Part shown: positions 9,001-14,900 of the stretch, piece after piece
Numbering within the stretch: the stretch's first letter is position 1
How the letters are laid out: every line of letters begins with the position of its first letter
The notes under the pieces: model-generated
Databases searched by the model: none
What the model saw: the letters and a program-made list of their open reading frames with translations, nothing else
What the model was told of the DNA's origin: nothing
Program-made: the position numbers and the translations under genes
Source of the DNA: an uncultured Verrucomicrobiota bacterium
GTDB lineage: Bacteria > Verrucomicrobiota > Verrucomicrobiia > Limisphaerales > UBA1319
DNA length: 64,000 nucleotides
Direction: 5' to 3'
Assembly: GCA_964409245.1 (NCBI GenBank)
Contig: CAYPCQ010000005.1
Span: 30,879 to 94,878 of the forward strand

Positions 9001-11986
9001 TGTGATCAAAGGCACGGCCATAAACCATGGCGGGAAAACCCACGGCTTCACGGTGCCCAATCCGGATGCGCAGCACGCGGTGATCGCCGGCGCTTTGGAG
9101 GCTGCGGGGATCAATCCCTCGCGGGTGACCTACGTCGAAGCGCACAGCACGGGCACTCCATTGGGGGATCCGATAGAAATCGCGGGCCTGGCCAAGGTCT
9201 TCAAGGCCAGCCGGGAGCCCGGCGGCCGCTGCCACCTCGGATCGGTGAAGTCAAACATTGGCCATTGTGAGGCCGCCGCGGGAATTGCCGGGCTGACCAA
9301 AGTCCTGCTGCAGATGAAGCACAGCCAGCTGGCGCCATCCCTCCACTCCCAGGTTCTGAACCCGCACCTTAACCTGGAAGCCACACCCTTCACCGTCAAC
9401 CAGACGCTCAGGGATTGGGAACGGCGGATCGTGGATGGCCGGCCCCTGCCGCATGTGGCGGGGGTTTCCGGCTTCGGCGCGGGTGGGTCCAACGCCCATA
9501 TCGTGGTGGAAGAATTCATCGAATCGCCCCGGCCCGGCAGCGGGCGATCAGAGCTTCAGGAGCCGTGCGTGATTATTCTGTCGGCGCGGAATGAGAAGCG
9601 CCTGTTGGAAAGGGTGGGGCAACTCCACCGGTTCCTCGAGGGGCACCCCGCCCTATCCCTGGCGGATCTGGCCTATACCCTCCAGGTGGGCCGGCAAGCG
9701 ATGGAGGAGCGACTGGGATTCATCGCCAGCTCCATCGGCAACGTGTCAGAACTCCTTGAAAAGGTGTTGAAGGGGAAAAACGCTGCAGGGATTCGCCGGG
9801 GGCGGGTGCTGGACGGCGCCGCCGATACGCTGCGGGTTTTGGCGGAAGACGACGATCTGGATCTGGGGGCCGCCGTGGCCCGGTGGATCAGCAAAGGGAA
9901 ACTGGAAAAGGTGATCGATCTTTGGGTCAGTGGAATGGATATCGACTGGACCCTGCTTTACGGCCCGGTCCGGCCGCGGCGCATCAGCCTGCCCACCTAT
10001 CCCTTTGCCCGGGATCGTTATTGGCTGCCTGGGAATGGCCCGGGCCTTTCCGCTTCAACCAGCGGGAATAATCACGGGGCAGCCGCGGAGGCGCCAGAGA
10101 TTAATGAATGGCTGGTGGTCAAGGAAGAGTGGATGGCCGAGCCGTGGCCGGAGCCGATGGATTGGGAAAGCCGTTGGCGGGCCCAGGCCGGCCGGCGAAT
10201 CACCTTGCTGGCGGCCGATGATGCCGAGGTCAAAGCATTGATGAGCGCGGTCCGGCAAGGGGCGCAGGATGCCGGATTGGCCATGGGAATGCGCCTGGAA
10301 TCAGTTTTATTGGATGACCTCGACACCTGGCAGCTGGACCCGCCGCCGGAGGTAATCCTCTTGGTGGCGCCGGTTGCTGGAAGTCCCGAAGGCGACAAAC
10401 GTCATGTTTCAGCGCTTTTTCGTTTGAGCCAAAAACTGATGCGCGAGGCGTGGGATGCTCCCATCCGGATCTTCCATCTGCACGAGACCTCCAAGGAATG
10501 CCCCCGGCTTCGCCTGGAAGCGGTCGGCGGATTGGTGCGGTCCGCGATGCTCGAAAATGAACGCCATGGGTGGACCTGCATCAGTGTGCGCGATGCCGCC
10601 GACGCCGGAGCCCGCCACCAGGTGCTGTTGAAGGAATGGCTGGCCGGCGACGGTGCCGGGGCCTTTGCATCGATTCAGCATCAAGGCGGGCAGCGCTGGC
10701 GCCACCGCTTGACCGAGTGCCAGGCCGGTCCCGGGGCTGCCTCCATCTTTCGCCCGCAAGGAACTTATGTGGTCGCGGGCGGCCTTGGCCCGATCGGGGA
10801 ACAGCTTTGCAGCGAGTTGGCCCGGCGTTATGGCGCGCGGCTGGTTCTCCTTTCTCAAGGCGGTTTGGATGAGCAAAAGCGGCAAAAGTGCCGCCAGCTT
10901 GAAGCCTTGGGGGCCAGCGTATCCTACCACCAGGTTGATATAGCTGAGCGGGCCGCCATGGAGGCGATCTGGAAAAAAGTGAAGGCCGAGGTGGGCGCCA
11001 TCCATGGTGTGATCCACCTGGCCCGCTGGGTCGAAGATGGGCTTCTGCTGTCGAAGTCCTGGGCTGCTTTCGAGCGGGTCATCCGTGCCAAAGTGGACGG
11101 CACGCTGAATCTCGACGAGCTTTCAGCGGCCGAGCCGCTGGACTTCTTTTTCCTGTTTTCCTCGATGGCGGCTTTCGGCATCCGCGGATCCGCGGATTAT
11201 GGCTATTCAGCGGCCTTTCAAAACGCCTTTGCCGGCCACCGGGCGCAACGGGTTGCGGCGGGTGAGAGGTTCGGGAAAACCCTGGCTTGCGGCTGGGGTT
11301 CCTGGGCCATCGACAAATATCACTCTGAGGAGCGCAATGCCCGGCTGCGGGAGGCAGGATTCAGCTTGATCACCATGGAACAAGCGTTTCCGTGGATTGA
11401 AAGCCGCGGCTGGCAGAACGATCCCTTCCTGGGCCTGATGCTTGCCCACGACCGGGCTGGCGCGCGAACGGCTTTGGGCCTGGGTGGCCAGCCAGGCCCT
11501 GCCAATTCCGTCTTGAAGGAGGCCGAGGAGCGGATTCAGGAATGGGAGCGGCGTCAGCGGGTGGGTGAAAAAATCACCGCTGCTGAAGTCGGCGGCATTC
11601 TCCGTTCGGACCACGTGATACACCTCAGCGCCGCGTTAACTGATCGCTTGCATGCCATTTTGACCGGTTCGGGCAATGGAAGCCATCGCGAAGGTTTGCC
11701 GGTGGAGGAGGCGGAAGGGGAGACTTCCCAGGATATGCTCCCGATCATCAAACGCTGCCTGGCTGACCTGCTGGACCTCAACGAGGTGGAGGATGCCAAG
11801 TCGTTCCACGATTACGGAATGAATTCGATTGCCGGCGTGCGGCTGGCCATGCTCCTGGAAAAGAAACTCAAACTCCCGGTGCTGCCGCAGTGGCTGATGG
11901 AATTCCCCACTGCGCGCACGCTGGCCACGCACCTGGCCGGGGTGAGGCAAACCGGGGGCGAAATAAATGTTGGAGGCGCCGTTTGA
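2..11986 (+). CDS. Hybrid NRPS/trans-AT PKS subunit, 5'-truncated by the window edge: carrier-protein tail, Ox, Ox, KS0-ACP, KS-DH-KR-ACP, KS-KR-ACP
   Basis: The frame is open from base 2 (QAQYGVVVPLDVFLDSPTVQAIAAYV...), so the track's GTG at 17 is internal. Stop is TGA 11984-11986. Ordered KS, ACP, DH and KR motifs are listed in the module features. No AT follows any KS. Each KS is followed by the trans-AT style flanking linker (..LSAR...RL...L..F......LADLAYTLQVGRE.MEERLA..) ending in an LPxYPF motif. Confidence 0.95.
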   Translation, partial: QAQYGVVVPLDVFLDSPTVQAIAAYVQRSTGQPAIGLPQDAASDGGGGALRGDQSAQLSTISLAAAGFKDEAYIQGAAIRQFSGQPVPGEALGRLLTLLGCDARRSGPQYLYSSAGGLRAVQTCLFIRENRVEGMPEGYYYYHPEEHRLYALEPGPRIGASVFEPSDREAFSKAGFVLFLIAQMDAIQSMYGNASPVLAVVEAGYMAQALMEHQVSFGLGLRPVGWIEFEAIRGGFQLEPAHQFIHCLLGGADAGQNQENESGGAVDWAGRNAPEARANVFPGPEAGAFTQFLQAEGMGDGLPTPEQKEELHRQKLHLRRFPPGTKTIALKTWEADAGYYRLRSAKRVYRDAPVAFERFSRFMALLAADSRRGFARYLYPSVAGPHALKVFAYIKTGGVEGIPGGLYRYDGSRHQLERVAPALSADLKSCYTPFNRKHYQSSKFCLFLAGPTASLKPLLGGDSTYFSLLESGYIGQLLLDRQAEFAVGVCPIGGMRYEKIREDFKLDPEDVFLHSFVGGEVAPECPIPWDPLAIGQDAPQPVAKPATGELPRPPAPVREAIAVVGISGRYPGAEDGPALARNLKAGKSSFKELLFDPSGTYRTGQGANGHPPALRHWGGFLEEVDCFDSLLFQITPAEARTMDPQERLLLEAAWGCLENSGYTGAELNRTAGRVGVFVGAMWDDYQHFRPAVWPPVQPGEAVSAHHSSIANRVSFFFNFKGPSVAVNTSCSSALTALHFGCQSLATGECKAALVGGVNLMAHPYHQWVLSASGLLSADEECHPFGLQANGWVAGEGVGVVLLKPLSDAVRDGDAIRGVILGTAISHSGRTSRYGLPGAQRQAESMREALEKAGLSASDISYIEAAAPGAGMADAAEAAAIKEVFGAGGARQSTIHVGSLKANLGHLESASAMSQLAKVLLQFQHREIFPTLQFQPANPLVQWQHTVLKIPGAVVPWTVNEEGGQVRRRALINAFGATGSGGHLVVEEYQAPGPPDCTAETLIVLSAATQGQLAASARRLCDFLAQPDSDSAPIADIGYTLRVGREPMKMRLALVAHSRTELREGLEAFLAGTPALPGVCSGEAGSHPGGTILPPDGHPLEVAAKWVAGACALGPGKADPSHRRIPLPGYSFARERHWIGAHAAGGGQPDAAPAALRPGIETYLKELFSQVTEIPRARIEPQAMFDSYGMTSLMVRRLNGLLEQDFGKLSAALLFERQTIGDLADYFLTQHARTVKSLFPEAAAPCPLPVGKPEMRRETVPAGPPAPSQRARQEPEIAIVGVSGKYPKAANVSAFWENLRNGIDCISEIPGERWDDARLQAEAGRHSRWGGFIDGVDEFDPLFFRISPREAQEMDPQERLFLQAVWHVFEDAGYAPSALSRQTRSRMGVFVGVMYGEYQMHSGWNGKEGDGLVVSALYGSIANRVSYVLDFHGPSMAVDTLCSSSLTALHLAVQSIRAGECEAAVVGGVNVSIHPNKYLLHARMAMSSSDGRCRSFGNGGDGFVPGEGVGAILIKPLADAVRDGDQVYAVIKATVINQDGKTHGFTVPNPNAQAAMVSEAIRQAGVDSRRISCVEAHGTGTALGDPIEITGLTKAFREFTSDKQFCAIGSVKSNIGHLESAAGMAGLTKILLQMRHRKLAPSLHSRDLNPEIEFQETPFFVPQTLADWEPPRVEKEGAVQSGLRLACISSFGAGGSNAHVILEEFAGGDHAADAGGAGRPQLIVLSARDKDRLREVVAQLHEFISSNPEYRLADLAGTLQVGRETMEERLAFAVSSRAELAERLQAILDGREDPSIHRGSAEQRHASLHWLMEDEDLQAAISSWIDKGKYDQLLKAWAAGVKVDWRGLPGHRPRRRMSLPGYPFAREKYWVPKRPAGLGSPSLQAPWLHPLLHRNTSDLWEQRFSSAFDGREFFLDEHRLRGERVLPAAACLELAHAAVGLAAGGQAGQIHLSNIVWVQPFVVSPQGRAIHAGLQPEGQGGLRFEIYAEGPSSPRLVISQGQASFGNSGHPPELDLPALRDRLPQADLSPAQCYEAFRSFGLEHGPAFQCLREIRRDAEVVLAKMVLPSSVAATRAAYVMHPILLDGLFQATLALGEAGLSGNAALPYALDELVCYRPCAEEMWACVRRSVPNGSKLDLDLCDASGKVCVRIKGFSTRTFEPAPAPRATLYRPVMREKAHAKNGSEPSWSRYFLVTCGLDAEATSGLAAGLSGTAHVMLEPGIGDCASRYEAAAEQLFELTQRILSGKMAGGVLVQLLIPSAAETMVYRGLSGLLQSAHHENPDFTGQTIELDAGQGAAEAVRIVVENRLHPEDAQIACQAGRRSVFSWERLSAAEPPFRIPWKKQGVYWITGGAGALGLLFAREIASQTGSCVLVLTGRSVLIPEKMQVLRALERPGVVVQYRTADVAVATQVQALVQDIVREHGSLDGILHAAGLVQDNFIRKKTAGEFGSVLAPKVRGTICLDEATRGIALDFLVLFSSTGGAMGNAGQADYAAANGFLDAFAELRNTLVRAGQRQGYTLSVNWPLWKDGGMKVAAGMLKMLTAQSGLEPLESASGLRAFAEAFNSGLSQVMVLPAHREALAVPPCAPSCQGAPQPAPPARAGFDSAGPLPEKALRFFRTLLASTILCPVERIQVDESFDSYGIDSVMVMQMTNELEKSFGSLSKTLFFEHQTIRSLAGYFLENRREALLQLFDEKPTAAVAPPAPKVPGWRLGLAASLPAGISGGQPAAPAEALDIAVIGLAGRYPQARDLDAFWENLSQGRDSITEIPAGRRDSKRFFDPIWDSPGTHFGKRGGFIDEVDAFDPLFFNIAPRDARHIDPQERLFLETAWAALEDAGYRPRDARGGPGPRLPSQVGVYAGVMYSEYQLFAHEQTLGGEPTVAGNIYASIANRVSYFLDLHGPSITIDTMCSSSLAGLHLACQDLKHKLTDMALAGGVNVTIHPNKYLLLSEGHFISGQGRCASFGAGGDGYVPGEGVGVVVLKRLAEAIRDGDHIYGVIKGTAINHGGKTHGFTVPNPDAQHAVIAGALEAAGINPSRVTYVEAHSTGTPLGDPIEIAGLAKVFKASREPGGRCHLGSVKSNIGHCEAAAGIAGLTKVLLQMKHSQLAPSLHSQVLNPHLNLEATPFTVNQTLRDWERRIVDGRPLPHVAGVSGFGAGGSNAHIVVEEFIESPRPGSGRSELQEPCVIILSARNEKRLLERVGQLHRFLEGHPALSLADLAYTLQVGRQAMEERLGFIASSIGNVSELLEKVLKGKNAAGIRRGRVLDGAADTLRVLAEDDDLDLGAAVARWISKGKLEKVIDLWVSGMDIDWTLLYGPVRPRRISLPTYPFARDRYWLPGNGPGLSASTSGNNHGAAAEAPEINEWLVVKEEWMAEPWPEPMDWESRWRAQAGRRITLLAADDAEVKALMSAVRQGAQDAGLAMGMRLESVLLDDLDTWQLDPPPEVILLVAPVAGSPEGDKRHVSALFRLSQKLMREAWDAPIRIFHLHETSKECPRLRLEAVGGLVRSAMLENERHGWTCISVRDAADAGARHQVLLKEWLAGDGAGAFASIQHQGGQRWRHRLTECQAGPGAASIFRPQGTYVVAGGLGPIGEQLCSELARRYGARLVLLSQGGLDEQKRQKCRQLEALGASVSYHQVDIAERAAMEAIWKKVKAEVGAIHGVIHLARWVEDGLLLSKSWAAFERVIRAKVDGTLNLDELSAAEPLDFFFLFSSMAAFGIRGSADYGYSAAFQNAFAGHRAQRVAAGERFGKTLACGWGSWAIDKYHSEERNARLREAGFSLITMEQAFPWIESRGWQNDPFLGLMLAHDRAGARTALGLGGQPGPANSVLKEAEERIQEWERRQRVGEKITAAEVGGILRSDHVIHLSAALTDRLHAILTGSGNGSHREGLPVEEAEGETSQDMLPIIKRCLADLLDLNEVEDAKSFHDYGMNSIAGVRLAMLLEKKLKLPVLPQWLMEFPTARTLATHLAGVRQTGGEINVGGAV
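160..754 (+). other. Ox domain 1 (SagB/McbC-type, nitroreductase-fold FMN-dependent azoline dehydrogenase)
   Basis: Motifs seen: GAAIRQFSGQPV, PQYLYSSAGGLRAVQ, EGYYYYHPEEHRLYAL, AVVEAGYMAQALMEH, ending FIHCLLGG (728-754). Confidence 0.7.
940..1562 (+). other. Ox domain 2 (second SagB/nitroreductase-type repeat)
   Basis: The same block order as Ox 1: RSAKRVYRDAPVAFERF, ARYLYPSVAGPHALKV, GGLYRYDGSRHQLERV, SLLESGYIGQLLLDR, ending FLHSFVGGE. Confidence 0.7.
1676..3680 (+). other. PKS module 1 (non-elongating): KS0-ACP
   Basis: KS spans about 1676-2966, starting EAIAVVGISGRYPG, with Cys in VNTSCSS (2189-2191). The EAHGTGT block reads IEAAAPGAG (2585-2611), so that His is lost. ANLGH is retained. 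ACP spans about 3478-3680, with FDSYGMTSL (Ser 3572-3574) where Thr replaces the usual Asp. Confidence 0.85.
3824..8055 (+). other. PKS module 2: KS-DH-KR-ACP
   Basis: KS spans about 3824-5113 (DTLCSSS, EAHGTGT, SNIGH). DH spans about 5660-6480 (LHPLLHRNTS; HRLRGERVLP with His 5750-5752; LLDGLFQ). KR spans about 6560-7740 (GVYWITGGAGALG, FSSTGG, ADYAAANGF). ACP spans about 7843-8055 (FDSYGIDSV, Ser 7943-7945). Confidence 0.88.
8209..11935 (+). other. PKS module 3: KS-KR-ACP (first half of a split dehydrating bimodule)
   Basis: KS spans about 8209-9516 (DTMCSSS, EAHSTGT, SNIGH). KR spans about 10090-11330 (GTYVVAGGLGPIG, FSSMAAF, ADYGYSAAFQNAF). ACP spans about 11735-11935 (FHDYGMNSIAG, Ser 11825-11827). 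Confidence 0.85.
11972..11976 (+). promoter_or_regulatory. Candidate Shine-Dalgarno (GGAGG) inside the 3' end of gene 1, serving gene 2
   Basis: GGAGG lies 6 nt upstream of the in-frame TTG 11983, which overlaps the gene 1 stop as TTGA. It is 18 nt upstream of ATG 11995, which is too far for that ATG. Confidence 0.35.
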
Positions 11987-11994
11987 TCGGCGGC

Positions 11995-14900
11995 ATGGGA
12001 AATATGCCGAACCTGGCTGAAAAACGGACCCAGATCGAGGCTCTCCTGCGTGACGCGGAACGGTCGAAGCCGGCCGTTGCGCCTCCGCAGCCTTCCGTTG
12101 TGCCCGAATCCCGTCCGCTGGCGCCGGCGCCGATGGCCATCGTCGGCCTGGCCGGGAAGTATCCCGGGGCGGAGACGATCGATGATTTCTGGGCCAGCTT
12201 GATCGGCCGCCGGAATTGCATCCAGGAGATGCGGGGGGAGCGGGCTGAAGAATTCGCCATCCTGGGTGGAGGACGCAACGGGCAGGAAGATCTCCGCATC
12301 AAGCATTTCGGGCTGCTCAAGGAGATTCACCGGTTCGACGCTCCATTCTTCAACATCTCCCGCCGCGAGGCGGAGGTCATGGATCCGCACATGCGCCTGT
12401 TGCTCGAAACGGTGTGGACCTGCATTGAGAATGCCGGCTACCGCCCCCGGTCGCTGGATCGCCAGACCGGTGTGTTCACCTCGTTTTACAATTATGAGTT
12501 CGCGGACCTGCTGCGGGAGCTGGAGGTTGAAGCCGCGAGCGAAGCGTATCTTGCCGCGGGCACGACCGGGGCGATTTTCGCCAACCGCATCTCGTTTCTG
12601 CTGGGATTGAACGGGCCCAGTGAGGTTTACAATACCGCCTGTTCCACGGCCCTGGTGGCCCTCCATCGCAGCATCCAGGCGATTTGCGCCGGGGATTGCC
12701 GCCAGGCGATCATCGCGGGAGTGAGCCTGCTGCTCACCCCGGGCCGGGTGGTGGCGTTGTCGGGGATGGGCATCCTGAATACAACCGGCGTCTGCAATCC
12801 CTACTCCTATCCCGCCCATGGGGAAGTCATTGGGGAAGGGGTGGGGGCGATCCTGATCAAACCGCTTGCACAGGCGGTCGCCGACCGGGACTATATTTAC
12901 GCGGTGGTCAGGGGAACCGATGTCAATCATCATGGCGACCGATCCGGACGCCTGACCTTGCCATCGGCGGACGCCCTGGCTGATTTGCTGGCGGCAACCT
13001 ACCGCAAGCTCGGGATCCGGCCCGGGAACCTCCGGTATGTCGAGGGGCATGGCGCGGGGGCGGAGGCCGATGTCATTGAGTTGCGCGCCCTGCAGCGCTT
13101 CCTGGAAAAGGCCGGGTTCAAGGGGGGCAAAGTGCCGGTCGGATCGGTGAAAGGGAATATCGGTTTTGGGGAGGCTTCGGGAGGAATGGCGCAACTGGCC
13201 AAGTGCGCGCTGGCGTTTCATCATGGCCAGCTGCCCGGGACGCTCCACTTCGATCAGGCCGATCCCGTTTTCGACCTCAGCCATTCGTTGCTGGAAATCC
13301 AAACGGCCAATGCCACCCTGGACCACGGTGGGGCCGAGGATTGCATGAGCATCCTGGCCTACGGCCTGGGGGGGACCAATGCCCATGTGGTGGTGAGCGG
13401 TTATACGCCAATGCCGGCTGGATTTGATGCGCCCGCCAAGCCGTATCCGATGTTGTTTTCCGCGGGATCAGAGGGAGCCTTGGCGGAATACCTCCGCCAA
13501 TTGGGGGAACATCTCCGGGTGGCCACCAACTGGTCACGCTATCGTGCCATCTGCGGTTCAGATCCCGCCGTATTGTGGTGCGTGGCTCGAACCCTGGCGG
13601 GCCGGGAAAGGCACGCGCAATGCCGGGTTGCCTTCCTGGTGGACAACTTGGCGGTGTTCCAGCAGTGCTTGGTTGATTATCTTGCGGGAACGCCCAACGG
13701 GAGGATCATTCGTTCCGGTGAGCCTGCCATCGCGGCTGGCTCGGAGCCGGGCTTGGCGGCAGCCGTTCGCTGGGTGAATGGCGAAAATGCCGCCGGTGAG
13801 GATCATTTTGGCGGAGGCTCCCATCAAAAACTGCCGCTGCCGGGAATTCCTTTCGGCGGTGACGTTTATCGTTTGCCGCTGAGCAGAAGGCCCGCCCAAC
13901 CGGCCCGGCTGAAGATTGAGGATCGATGGGTGGTCACGCGGGATAACCACGGCACCGCAGTGGAGCTGGAGCTTTGCCTGGAGGATTACTTCATCGCTCA
14001 ACACCTGGTCGAGGGAGTGGCCATCATGCCCGCCGCCGGATATTTGGCCCTGCTATTCCGGATTGCCCGCCAGGTCTTGCGCCAGGAATCCGGCGCCATT
14101 GAGAATCTCGCCTGGATCATGCCTTTCGAAATCCAAGGCGGCCCGGCAACCATGCGGTTCGAGATTGCCGAATCGGGCGCTTTCCGTATTTACCATAAGG
14201 AGTTGGACCGGCTTTGCTGCAAAGGCCGTTGGCTGCACCTATCGGACACCCTGGCCACCGCTTGCCATCCCCACGTCAAAGCGGATCAGCTGGAGGGGTT
14301 TTTGCCGGTGGTGGATAAATCGCTTTACTGGGCCGCCGCGAACGCCCCGGAAACCCGGCAATTCCATGGGCCAGCGCTCAGGCGGCTGGCGGCCATTCAC
14401 CAGGTGGGTGACCAACTGGTTGGGATTATGGATCCGCTGGACGGCGAGGCATCGCTTCCGGAAATCGCTTTTATTGATTCCGCCTTGGGAACTTGCCGCG
14501 GATTTTCCCTTTCCGTTCCGGGCGGGGCGCAGGCGGTAGTGCCTTTCGCTGTGGAAAGGATTCATTGGTTGCGGCCGGTGGATACTTCCCGGAAGGGCTA
14601 TGCCGCAGTGAAGGAACGCCGGGATGCCCTCGGCCGTTACGATATTTCAATCGAAAACGGAGCCGGAGCGGTTTATGCCGTGCTGGAGGGGTATTATCCC
14701 AAACCGTTCACCCGGCTGGCACCCACCGGGGGAACCGCCCAGCCAAGCGCAGTGACTCCCGCTCCCCCGCCCAAAGCGGTCCAGCCGCTGATGGATTGCT
14801 TGCTGTCGGAGTTCCGGCAGCGGATAGCGGCGTTTCTAAAATGCCAGGTTGCGGAAGTGCCGCTGGATGAAAGCCTCGCCCCGCTGGGGTTGGATTCGAT

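Noticed and set aside
11890-11994. 5' extensions of track ORFs into the preceding gene: 11890-11994 for gene 2, 40572-40796 for gene 4, and TTG 32878 for gene 3
   Set aside because: The extensions overlap the well-supported 3' ends of upstream genes in another frame and translate to low-complexity Arg/Gly/Pro sequence. Plausible starts exist just after the upstream stops.
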